DNA of 64,000 nucleotides from Verrucomicrobiota bacterium (GTDB lineage: Bacteria; Verrucomicrobiota; Verrucomicrobiia; Limisphaerales; AAA164-E04), in contig CP170459.1 of assembly GCA_047947115.1 (NCBI GenBank), positions 3,808,001 to 3,872,000 on the forward strand. The letters run 5' to 3'. Positions 40,254 through 48,810 of this stretch are shown here, one piece after another. The notes beneath the pieces are model-generated. The model had not been told where the DNA came from. It did no database searches and saw nothing but the letters and a program-made list of their open reading frames with translations. Each line of letters begins with the position of its first letter. The first letter of the stretch is position 1. Made by a program: the position numbers and the translations under genes.

Positions 40254-40346
40254 GGAGAGATGGCTGAGTGGTCGAAAGCAACGGTTTGCTAAACCGTCGT
40301 CGTGGGATAACTGCGACCGCGGGTTCGAATCCCGCTCTCTCCGCCA
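40254..40346 (+). tRNA. tRNA-Ser (anticodon GCT)
   Basis: GGAGAGA/TCTCTCC acceptor stem, ACGGT-TT-GCT-AA-ACCGT anticodon arm, long variable arm, GGTTCGAATCC T-loop and encoded CCA. Confidence 0.97.
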
Positions 40347-40437
40347 TTACTTCCTCCAGTATTGTGTCTTATGTTGTTTTTCTTGGTCCTAAATTGGGGT
40401 TTGGTGCTATTCTGTTGGCCAGTTAATTGACTAAATA

Positions 40438-40466
40438 TTGACTCATTTTCCCCGAAAGACTACTGT
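40438..40466 (+). promoter_or_regulatory. Putative sigma70 promoter of the integrase
   Basis: TTGACT (40438-40443), 17 bp, TACTGT (40461-40466). ATG at 40473. Confidence 0.55.
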
Positions 40467-40472
40467 TTACCT

Positions 40473-41618
40473 ATGGGTTCTACAAAAGTATCTGTTAGGA
40501 AGTATAACCATTCTAGAACAGGTAAGTGGGTAGTAGGATACCGCGACACTGCCGGCAGTAGGCGAAGAGAGTTCTTTGCCACAAGATCTGAGGCCAATTC
40601 CAGAGCTGACCAGCTTAAGGTTGATTTAAAAAACCTTGGCAATCGATCACTGGGACTGACTGATCAAATCCGCATTGAAGCTCTTGAATGCTCCGAGAAA
40701 CTTGCGTCTTTCGGGAAGACATTGTCCCAGGCCACTGAGCACTACATTTCTTATCTCCGGACCACTGAGCGCTCCACCATTATCCGAGACCTGGTTTGTC
40801 GTTATTTGGACTCCAAGAAATCCAAAGGCCGATCTGACCGACACATTAAAGATCTACGTTCCAGATTGTCCCGCTTTTCTGATTCGTTCGGTGATAAGTT
40901 CGTATCCACTTTGACTACCGAGCAACTGGATCAGTGGCTTTTGGGGCTAAATCTGAGTCCACAGTCAGTGAACAACTACCGGACAGTTTTAAACGGGCTT
41001 TTTAATCATGCACTGAAACTTGGTTATACTCAAACCAACCCAGTTGACGGAATTGATCGACATTCAGTCAAAGTGGCACCTCCTAACATTTTGACTCCTG
41101 ACCAGTTGAAACGACTTCTGGCTGCTTCAAATCCCCTTCTTGTGCCTTATATCGCGATTGGTGCATTTGCTGGTCTGCGTTCCGCGGAACTGGCCAGGCT
41201 TGATTGGCGCGATGTCCGATTGGATCGTGGGCTGCTTGAGGTCACTGCAGCCAACTCCAAGACAGCCTCCCGGCGGTTGGTTGAATTATCTGACAATTTA
41301 AAAGCCTGGCTTGAGGCATGCGTTCGCCTCAATGGCCCTGTTATGCCTTCGGGATTCCGTAAGTTGGTCACTAGTGCTTGGGAGGTGGTTTTCCCAAGCA
41401 GGAAGAGGGACAACGATCTTCGGAACAGTTTCGCCAGCTACCATTTGGCGCTGCACCAGAATGCTGCCTATACGGCTGACCAACTAGGGCATCGAACAAC
41501 TGCTGTTTTATATCAACATTACCGGGAACTGGTCTCTAAAGAAGAAGCCGAGCAATACTTCGCTATAAATCCAGAACGATCAGGCAACCTGATTATCATG
41601 TCAGCAGCCAGTGCTTAA
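40473..41618 (+). CDS. int: Tyrosine recombinase / phage-type integrase
   Basis: FAGLRSAEL (Arg I), SKT (Lys), NDLRNSFASY (Arg II, His replaced), QLGH and YQHY (catalytic Tyr). SAM-like core-binding domain. Confidence 0.93.
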   Translation: MGSTKVSVRKYNHSRTGKWVVGYRDTAGSRRREFFATRSEANSRADQLKVDLKNLGNRSLGLTDQIRIEALECSEKLASFGKTLSQATEHYISYLRTTERSTIIRDLVCRYLDSKKSKGRSDRHIKDLRSRLSRFSDSFGDKFVSTLTTEQLDQWLLGLNLSPQSVNNYRTVLNGLFNHALKLGYTQTNPVDGIDRHSVKVAPPNILTPDQLKRLLAASNPLLVPYIAIGAFAGLRSAELARLDWRDVRLDRGLLEVTAANSKTASRRLVELSDNLKAWLEACVRLNGPVMPSGFRKLVTSAWEVVFPSRKRDNDLRNSFASYHLALHQNAAYTADQLGHRTTAVLYQHYRELVSKEEAEQYFAINPERSGNLIIMSAASA

Positions 41619-41673
41619 ACGGGTAGGCGCAGCACTGCGGTGACATATTTCTTATTCAATTTCTAATTGGAAC

Positions 41674-42489
41674 ATGAAGGACGAACTATTGGACCGAAAG
41701 GAGTGGGATTTTACCGATATCCCTACGGATGAACTAGAATCGGCGTGGCAATACGAACTGGCCAGGACTGTAAAATCATGTGTGATGGATCAGGCGGTTT
41801 GTTCTAATAATCTGGCAGGTGATCCGCCGAGGAAACTTGATTTGAATAAGGATGACGATGCTATGCTTTGGTATGAGAACACTGTAGGTTGGTATGATGA
41901 TTGGGCTAGCTCAAACGAAATATCGGCACACACCTACCTCCCTTGGACCAGCTTACCAGCAAAGTATAAAACGAAATACTTGATCGCACACAAAGGGGAA
42001 ATCCCTGCCCACCTAACACATGATCACTGTTATACGATGCCATATTCCAGAACTCTCGTCCACCTGGAATACAACCCCTCCCCAAACTCCCAGGTCCTAC
42101 AAAAAAGACACAATTACTTAAAAGCTCAGGACAGACCAGTCACATCTCTACATTTATTTGAAATCCATTTCCGACGAGGTATCGATAGCCGGAGTTCAAT
42201 GATCAGCGATTTTAAGAAGTTTTTGGAGGAGGAATTTCCTAACATGCCTGATAAAGTTGGTCGCCCTAAGTCCAAGATGCCAGAGTTAACGAACCTCGCA
42301 ATCTTTAGGCTACTCATTCACTATACCCCTGATGAGACAATCAGCAAGATTGCAGGAACCTACTCACAAAGGCGCCGTATCAGTTTGAAAGAGCTGGAAA
42401 AAGCTGAAAAAGCTGTCTGTGCTCAAATGCAGGGATTCTGTAAACCTTACCGAACAAGATTTACTCCAAAGCCCCTGGGCCCGTCTTAG
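41674..42489 (+). CDS. Hypothetical protein
   Basis: 271-aa ORF co-oriented with int. No family recognised. Confidence 0.7.
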   Translation: MKDELLDRKEWDFTDIPTDELESAWQYELARTVKSCVMDQAVCSNNLAGDPPRKLDLNKDDDAMLWYENTVGWYDDWASSNEISAHTYLPWTSLPAKYKTKYLIAHKGEIPAHLTHDHCYTMPYSRTLVHLEYNPSPNSQVLQKRHNYLKAQDRPVTSLHLFEIHFRRGIDSRSSMISDFKKFLEEEFPNMPDKVGRPKSKMPELTNLAIFRLLIHYTPDETISKIAGTYSQRRRISLKELEKAEKAVCAQMQGFCKPYRTRFTPKPLGPS

Positions 42490-42700
42490 CTTAAGTCTCA
42501 AAAGCTGGGATTCCTTGGCGGCCCAAGCCCAATAATGAGTTTCGTTAATGGAACTCGTCTTTTATGATTGCATGCAAAAAGTGTAAACCATTTGTAAACA
42601 ATGGTTAAATCTATCTGTTTAAATTATCTCCCTCCATTAAGTATCGAAGTTTTTCGGAGTATTGCATCAGGGGACCATTGTCATGTTAGCTCCGGGAGAC

Positions 42701-42928
42701 ATGGCAAAAATAAAGAAGCAATCAACCCCAACTGAAGGAGCTCTCCTCACAAGAGAGCAGGTAGCTGCTAGGTTACAGATAACAACCAGGACACTCGATC
42801 TCTGGATCGACGCTCAGAAGATACCCGTCATCAGACTTACCTCTGGTTGTATACGGTTTCAATCTGAAGCCGTTGAAAATTTCATCCAGAAGCACACAAT
42901 TAATGCAAGTTGGGAGTTACCACTATGA
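42701..42928 (+). CDS. Excisionase/AlpA-like helix-turn-helix protein (HTH_17)
   Basis: LLTREQVAARLQITTRTLDLWIDAQKIPVIRL..GCIRF. GGGAG precedes ATG 42701. Confidence 0.88.
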   Translation: MAKIKKQSTPTEGALLTREQVAARLQITTRTLDLWIDAQKIPVIRLTSGCIRFQSEAVENFIQKHTINASWELPL

Positions 42929-43149
42929 AAAGTAACTCGATCGATAGCCGGGGTGATAGACTCCCATCCACCTCCACAACAAAAAATCTCAACCAGTAGG
43001 ATAAGCACAGACACCCCTTTTCGGGGTGTCTGGATGGATATCTGTACCTTGAGATTTTCCGTCACAATTTCACTTGCCAATGCAAGTCACCAGTAATCAC
43101 CGAGTTCAGGCATTGGACGACTCCGGCCCAAATTAGAAGGATAAATAAA

Positions 43150-43746
43150 ATGGATTCAAAAGAATCAAATAACACATTCGCGAACATCGACAAGTTTCGC
43201 ATCACACAAGATTTCGACGATATCAGCGTCGAAACTGCCTATACCCACATCCCGTTGCGTAAACCCGGCAAAACCGAATTCTTTAGAGTTAATCCCTCCG
43301 AGGAATCCCGCGGCCAGTTCCTATTCCTGGATTACAGTGAACCAGGGGCCATGACCAAAGACAAATATTTGATTGTACCAGAGCTGGTGAATCAAATACC
43401 AGATGTCTCGGGTGTGAAAGCCCATTTGGTAGTGACGGCTGTATCCAGACCAGAGAATGCACCGTTTCTTTGGCCGATTCGTTTACCAAACAAGACAATG
43501 TTTGGTCCGGATACTTGGGCTCTCTCCGACCTGGACATATTGAAGAGATCAGAAGAGGAGTGGTTGCGTAAAGAAACGAAAGCCGGGGTTCAAGGCTACA
43601 TGGCCGTCATCAGCAAAGCCGATTGGCCGGAACCCGAATTCCCGAACCTGAGTTTCCAGGAGATGCTCGCTAAAGCCATACCAGAGGAACGAATTATAAA
43701 GGATCAAAGCCACACTGTGATCCGCAAGATTAGAGGGGAAATATGA
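43150..43746 (+). CDS. Hypothetical protein translationally coupled to the DNA polymerase
   Basis: 198-aa ORF with AAGGA upstream. Its stop overlaps the polymerase ATG (ATGA, 43743-43746). Confidence 0.8.
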   Translation: MDSKESNNTFANIDKFRITQDFDDISVETAYTHIPLRKPGKTEFFRVNPSEESRGQFLFLDYSEPGAMTKDKYLIVPELVNQIPDVSGVKAHLVVTAVSRPENAPFLWPIRLPNKTMFGPDTWALSDLDILKRSEEEWLRKETKAGVQGYMAVISKADWPEPEFPNLSFQEMLAKAIPEERIIKDQSHTVIRKIRGEI

Positions 43747-45473
43747 ATCTGGCAGCCTTCAAGGAAATCTGGGTGATTGATTTCGAATACCAATCCCTAC
43801 CGGGTGAGAACCCAGATCCGCATTGCATAGTGGGTTTGGAAACCATCACCGGCAAGTCGATAAGAATGGGTGCAAAGGAACTTCGATCGTCGAAAGTTCC
43901 TCCATTCGGCATCGGCTCAGATTCCCTTGTCGTGGCTTACTACGTGCCAGCCGAGTTCAGTTGTTTTCTGGAACTCGGCTGGCCGTGTCCTGAAAATATT
44001 TTGGATCTTTGCGTAGAATTCAAGTGGCTGAAGTCAGGCGTGGCGGATGGACTCAAACGTGACTTGGTAGCAGCCCTGAAACACTTCCGACTTGATGCGA
44101 CGATCCCAGACGCGAAGGACGAATGGCGGCAACTTGCGATACGGGGAGGGCCGTTTACTACCCCGGAGATGGAAGGACTCATGGATTACTGTGCGGAAGA
44201 CGTATATGCGACGGCGGAGTTGTTGACTAAAATGCAGCCACAAATCGATCTCATCAGAGCTTTAATCAGAGGCTCATATTGCTGGTCTGTGGCCCTTATG
44301 GAACGCGCAGGTGTGCCAGTCGATATGGAGGCTTTGACGTTGTTGTGGGGGCAATGGAGCGCCATACAAAGCGGCCTAATAACCGCAACTGACAAATGGG
44401 AGATCTATGAGGGCAATACCTTCAAACGGGATCGGTTTGAGGCCTTCCTGAGGGATCACAAAATCCAATGGCCGAGGTTGGATTCCGGTCAACTCTGTTT
44501 AAAAGACGAGACATTCAGGCAACAGGCTAAAATCCATCCACGATTGATTGCCCCCTTGCACGAATTACGCACCACTTTGGGTAAACTGAAGTTAAACAGT
44601 TTGGCTGTCGGCAAAGATGGCCGCAACCGTGTGATGTTGTCCCCATTTCAATCAAAGACGGGACGCAACCAACCATCTAATTCCAAGTTCATTTTCGGAC
44701 CTGCTACTTGGATCCGAGGCCTTATAAAACCGGGTGCAGGCCGGGCGATTGCTTATATCGATTGGAGTCAACAGGAGCTTGGAATTGCGGCACGTCTTTC
44801 AGGCGATCGGAATATGATGGAAGCCTACTGTTCAGGGGACCCATACATCACTTTCGCGAGAATGGCGGGTGCTGTGCCGAAGGACGCTACCAAGCAAAGC
44901 CACCCAGCTGAAAGATCGCGATACAAACAGTGTATGCTTGCCGTCCAATACGGCATGGGAGCTGAGAGTTTGGCTCAAACTGCTTGCTTGGCTTTACTGG
45001 ATGCCAAAGTTCTTTTGCAAGCCCACAGGGACGCGTTCCCGGACTATTGGAAGTGGAGCCGACAAATAGAACAACAAGGATTTGGAAACGGGGAACTTCG
45101 ATCAGCGTTCGGTTGGCGTGTCCTTGTTAATTCGGACAGCCGTAGTGCCAGTGTTAAGAACTTCCCCGTCCAAGCCAACGGAGCGGAAATGTTGCGTCTG
45201 GCCATCATGAAAATGCACACGGCAGGGATCGAAGTAATCGCGCCGGTTCATGACGCAGTAATGATTGAGGCGGCTTCTTCTGAAATCGAAACCCATACGG
45301 TGAAGGCGCAAGAGTGCATGAGGTGGGCGAGCGAGCAGATCCTACCAGGATTCCCGCTGGATTCGGACGCAAAGATAGTCAAGTACCCTAACCGGTATAT
45401 GGACGAAGACCGGGGAACTGAAATGTGGAACACGGTCATGGGCATCGCAGGGGGTCCACTATATACCCACTAA
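43743..45473 (+). CDS. Family A DNA polymerase (3'-5' exonuclease + polymerase; no 5'-3' nuclease), mobile-element type
   Basis: ExoI IDFE, ExoIII YCAEDV, SKTGRNQP, motif A IDWSQQELGIAA, motif B RSRYKQCMLAVQYG, NFPVQ and motif C VHDAV. Confidence 0.93.
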   Translation: MNLAAFKEIWVIDFEYQSLPGENPDPHCIVGLETITGKSIRMGAKELRSSKVPPFGIGSDSLVVAYYVPAEFSCFLELGWPCPENILDLCVEFKWLKSGVADGLKRDLVAALKHFRLDATIPDAKDEWRQLAIRGGPFTTPEMEGLMDYCAEDVYATAELLTKMQPQIDLIRALIRGSYCWSVALMERAGVPVDMEALTLLWGQWSAIQSGLITATDKWEIYEGNTFKRDRFEAFLRDHKIQWPRLDSGQLCLKDETFRQQAKIHPRLIAPLHELRTTLGKLKLNSLAVGKDGRNRVMLSPFQSKTGRNQPSNSKFIFGPATWIRGLIKPGAGRAIAYIDWSQQELGIAARLSGDRNMMEAYCSGDPYITFARMAGAVPKDATKQSHPAERSRYKQCMLAVQYGMGAESLAQTACLALLDAKVLLQAHRDAFPDYWKWSRQIEQQGFGNGELRSAFGWRVLVNSDSRSASVKNFPVQANGAEMLRLAIMKMHTAGIEVIAPVHDAVMIEAASSEIETHTVKAQECMRWASEQILPGFPLDSDAKIVKYPNRYMDEDRGTEMWNTVMGIAGGPLYTH

Positions 45474-45588
45474 TATTATTAATTAAGATACAATATAAGA
45501 TATATAATAAGAGGCCTACAGGGTACCCCAAATGGGCAGGGGTGCCCGTCCATTTGGGCAGGGGTGCCCGTCCATTTGGGTAGGGGTC
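45471..45588. other. Putative replication origin: AT-rich tract plus 22-bp direct repeats
   Basis: 45471-45510 is 37/40 A+T. TGGGCAGGGGTGCCCGTCCATT occurs at 45533-45554 and 45555-45576, with a partial third copy at 45577-45588. Confidence 0.65.
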
Positions 45589-45603
45589 ACTTTTGAAGAG
45601 CAT

Positions 45604-45936
45604 ATGGCTGAGGAGCTATACATTCCAGACTGCATAGAGCAGAGGGGTTCCGGTAAACCTTTTGTCAAAGGGCCCATACCGTTGGATTGGGTGAAAAGTG
45701 CCTGCCAAGCCGGAGCGGCTGAGTTGGCTTGGTATTTGCGGTATAAGGAGGGTCTTGCCAAGTCCAAAACTATCCATATCAGACCGGGGGAGATGAAAGT
45801 CTTTGGTCTGTCTGAGAAAGTTCGAAGGCGGCAGGTGAAAGCTCTGGAGGTCGCTGGGTTAGTGAAAATTATTTCAAGGCCGGGTCAAAGTCACCGGCTT
45901 GTCATTTTGGACTCCCCAAGTGGTGGGGGGCTTTAG
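45604..45936 (+). CDS. Small winged-helix DNA-binding protein
   Basis: FVKGPIPLDW...FGLSEKVRRRQVKALEVAGLVKIISRPGQSHRLVIL (HTH + wing). Start trimmed to ATG 45604, after the repeats. Confidence 0.75.
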   Translation: MAEELYIPDCIEQRGSGKPFVKGPIPLDWVKSACQAGAAELAWYLRYKEGLAKSKTIHIRPGEMKVFGLSEKVRRRQVKALEVAGLVKIISRPGQSHRLVILDSPSGGGL

Positions 45937-45947
45937 AAAGGAAAACA

Positions 45948-46217
45948 ATGGTAAAATTAGCAGAAAAGTCAAAGTCGATATACGACATCGCCCACAACCT
46001 CATCTGTGGGAAGTTGAGAAAAACAGGAAAGACACAAACTCCCGATGTAGCAATTGAAGAGCTGGTCCAACTTACTGGAGTCACTAAGGAGTTAGCCACC
46101 GATGCGGTTGAATATATTTTCTTCTGCTTGGAAGATATGTCTGGAACGTTCGATACCGAGGAGGAAGCTGATGAAAACGCACGGGAACTTCTGTGGTTCG
46201 TGTTTCAAGAAAAATGA
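45948..46217 (+). CDS. Small hypothetical protein
   Basis: 89-aa ORF with AAGGA upstream, 11 bp after the wHTH gene. Basic N-terminus, acidic C-terminus. Confidence 0.6.
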   Translation: MVKLAEKSKSIYDIAHNLICGKLRKTGKTQTPDVAIEELVQLTGVTKELATDAVEYIFFCLEDMSGTFDTEEEADENARELLWFVFQEK

Positions 46218-46225
46218 CATCAACC

Positions 46226-46252
46226 AGCCTGCCCCTGTTCCAGGGGTAGGCT
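46226..46252 (+). terminator. Hairpin closing the replication operon (terminator-like, no U-tract)
   Basis: AGCCTGCCCCTG-TTC-CAGGGGTAGGCT, 8 bp after the stop codon. Confidence 0.45.
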
Positions 46253-47127
46253 CCCCATCATGGTGAAGTTTCATCACTGAAGGCGCCCTTGATGTAGGTT
46301 GTTGTCGTCATCAGGAACGGTCCTGCAAGTTGCAAGACCTGGCAACCTGGCTATAAGAACTCCACGGGCCAACCATAGCACCAGTCGTACCATGAGGTTT
46401 ACAAAAACAGCTTCTCGGCATATGAACGCTTCGTGATCGTAACGAAGGAAAGTTAGCTTACTCAAACTAAACACCCAAACGGCTAGCCCGCCTCGTACCG
46501 CTGTCCCGGTCAACCAGGGATGGCTTTGGAGGTTCTTTCACTCTCACTCATCCGGTTCGCTTTCGGTAATGGATGCGACTGTCACCAAGAGAGTAGGGGA
46601 GAGGCCTCTCCTGTTCAAATCTGAATTTTCTCCACCTCATCGAGAGTTATATCGTCTCGAGCGCGATCGTAACGTTTGGTTGCAGGTTTACCCCCGGTTC
46701 AGCAATTGGAAATGTTTCCCGGATTTATTGTGGAACGTAACACACGGTATCTTATTCGTGTTGAATGCTTCAAATGAAGCGCCGAAGATACCGAAGGAAA
46801 TGTTTACGTGCAGCTATGAAGCTACCGTTCGTTGCCAGAATCACAGATGGCGGCTGGTGACAGCTTCGCCATATTTGGGCCCACCAGCGCGGATGGAAGG
46901 GGCGTTCAACTCTGGCGCGCCCCGTCCTTTGAGGAAATCGCCGCGACCGAGGCGCAACAGAAATCAATCAACCAACAACAATGATCCGAGAATGTTCACA
47001 CTTACTGAATCAACACCCATGATCTTTGGTTGAGACGGATCGCCGTTAAAGAACCGAATGCATGACTTTACAAGGACAACCCAATTCTATTACGATGCGC
47101 AGAGACCACCAAACGGAAGGAACGAAC

Positions 47128-48810
47128 ATGACACGAGTGAACACTATTATGGCCGTGATGAGTTATTTGCTCGTCATTGCGATGAACGGAGAGGCAACCT
47201 CTTCGTCGCGCCCCAACATCCTGCTGATTGTTGCCGACGATCTTGCCTATACCGACATAGGCGCGTTCGGCGGTGAGATCCACACGCCAAATCTTGATGC
47301 GCTCGCCAGGGCAGGCGTTCGGTTTACCCAGTTTTACTCCGCACCCACTTGTTCTCCGACTCGTTCGATGCTGCTGTCAGGAATGGACAATCATCAGGCC
47401 GGTCTCGGTAACATGGCGGAAGACCTGCGCGAGAACCAAAAGGGACATCCTGGGTACGAGGGTTACCTGAACATGCGGGTAGCGGCCTTGCCCGAGCTGC
47501 TTCGGGAGGCGGGCTACCACACCTACATGGCCGGCAAGTGGCATCTCGGTATGACGGAGGAAACGAGTCCGGCCGCCCGCGGGTTCGAGCACTCGTTCGC
47601 ACTGTTGCAGGGTGGGGCCGGCCACTTCACCGACCTGCCTCTTGTTGGTCCGAACCCGGCCAGTTATCGCGAAGATGGCAAACCTGTCTCGTTGCCGGCC
47701 GATTTCTATTCGAGTAAAACTTACAGTGAACGCATCATCCAATATCTTGAAAACCGGCCGAACGACGGTCGTCCGTTTTTTGCCTATCTTGCGTTCACGG
47801 CACCACACTGGCCCTTGCAGGCACCCGCCGAATCCATAGCAAAGTATGCCGGACGTTACGACGCAGGTTACGATGCGTTGCAGGCGTCCCGATTCGCGCG
47901 GATGAAGCAACTGGGATTGGCGACTCCGGTCATGCAGATGACTCCACGGATTCCAGGCGAGAAAGCCTGGGAAGCGCTTAATGGTGAAGAGAGAAAAATC
48001 GCGGCGCGCAAGATGGAGATCTACGCCGCCATGGTCGACGATCTCGATCGCTATCTTGGCACCGTTCTCGAGACGCTCAAACGTCGCCGGGAGTTCGATA
48101 ATACCTTCATCTTTTTCATGTCCGACAACGGTCCCGAAGGCTCCAATCTCGACGTAGGCTGGGAGGACCTCAGCAAGTGGGTGGCGCAGTGCTGCGACAA
48201 CCGATTTGAAAACATGGGCAGTGACGATTCTTACCTGTGGTATGGCCCTAATTGGGCACGGGCTGGTACCCCTGCATTGCGGGGAATCAAGGGGTTTGCT
48301 TCAGATGGTGGTATCCGTGTGCCGGCCATTGCCCACTTCCCGAAATCTATTCCCGGAGGCTCTCTCCAACACAACCTGGCCACGGTCATGGATGTGATGC
48401 CGACGTTGCTGGATGTTGCCGGAGTCAAGCACCCGCCGACTTTTCAGGGACGCGAGGTGCTGCCTTTGCGGGGAACATCGATGATACCCGCTCTCACCGG
48501 CGCCCGTGCACGCGTGCATGCCGAGGACTATGTGATGGGATGGGAATTGTTCGGCAATCGGGCCATCCGCCAGGGTGATTGGAAGATCGTCTGGCGGACA
48601 GTGGAATCGAGCTATCCAACCGTGCCTCGTGACCCCGAAATCGCTCATGACGTCTGGCGACTGTACCATCTTGCCGAAGATCCGGGCGAGCGGGTCGATT
48701 TGGCGGGAACACATCGTGACGTGTTGCAGGCCATGGTGGCGCACTGGGAAACCTATGTCAGGGAGACCGGCCTGGTACTTCCGGATTACAAAGCCAGTGC
48801 AACCCCCTGA
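47128..48810 (+). CDS. Arylsulfatase (Cys-type, AtsA-like)
   Basis: RPNILLIVADD, CSPTRSMLLSG (CxPxR), GKWHLG, APHWP and SDNG motifs. Signal peptide from ATG 47128. Confidence 0.93.
   Translation: MTRVNTIMAVMSYLLVIAMNGEATSSSRPNILLIVADDLAYTDIGAFGGEIHTPNLDALARAGVRFTQFYSAPTCSPTRSMLLSGMDNHQAGLGNMAEDLRENQKGHPGYEGYLNMRVAALPELLREAGYHTYMAGKWHLGMTEETSPAARGFEHSFALLQGGAGHFTDLPLVGPNPASYREDGKPVSLPADFYSSKTYSERIIQYLENRPNDGRPFFAYLAFTAPHWPLQAPAESIAKYAGRYDAGYDALQASRFARMKQLGLATPVMQMTPRIPGEKAWEALNGEERKIAARKMEIYAAMVDDLDRYLGTVLETLKRRREFDNTFIFFMSDNGPEGSNLDVGWEDLSKWVAQCCDNRFENMGSDDSYLWYGPNWARAGTPALRGIKGFASDGGIRVPAIAHFPKSIPGGSLQHNLATVMDVMPTLLDVAGVKHPPTFQGREVLPLRGTSMIPALTGARARVHAEDYVMGWELFGNRAIRQGDWKIVWRTVESSYPTVPRDPEIAHDVWRLYHLAEDPGERVDLAGTHRDVLQAMVAHWETYVRETGLVLPDYKASATP

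Larger units (their letters stand above)
40347..46252 (+). mobile_element. tRNA-Ser-integrated element with integrase and PolA replication module (minimum extent; right end not seen)
   Basis: The integrase begins 126 bp after the tRNA. The sequence is visibly more AT-rich. All genes are co-oriented: int, orphan, HTH, unknown, polA-like, wHTH, small ORF. No duplicated tRNA 3' end was spotted downstream. Confidence 0.85.

Noticed and set aside
43743..45473. Housekeeping polA
   Set aside because: It lacks the 5'-3' nuclease domain, has divergent motifs and sits inside an integrase-linked island.
40473..46217. Complete prophage or ICE
   Set aside because: No terminase, capsid, tail, lysis, relaxase or T4SS genes are visible.
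46274..47033. ORFs 46274..46513 (-) and 46569..47033 (+)
   Set aside because: No recognisable motifs and unnatural composition; probably non-coding or decayed DNA.
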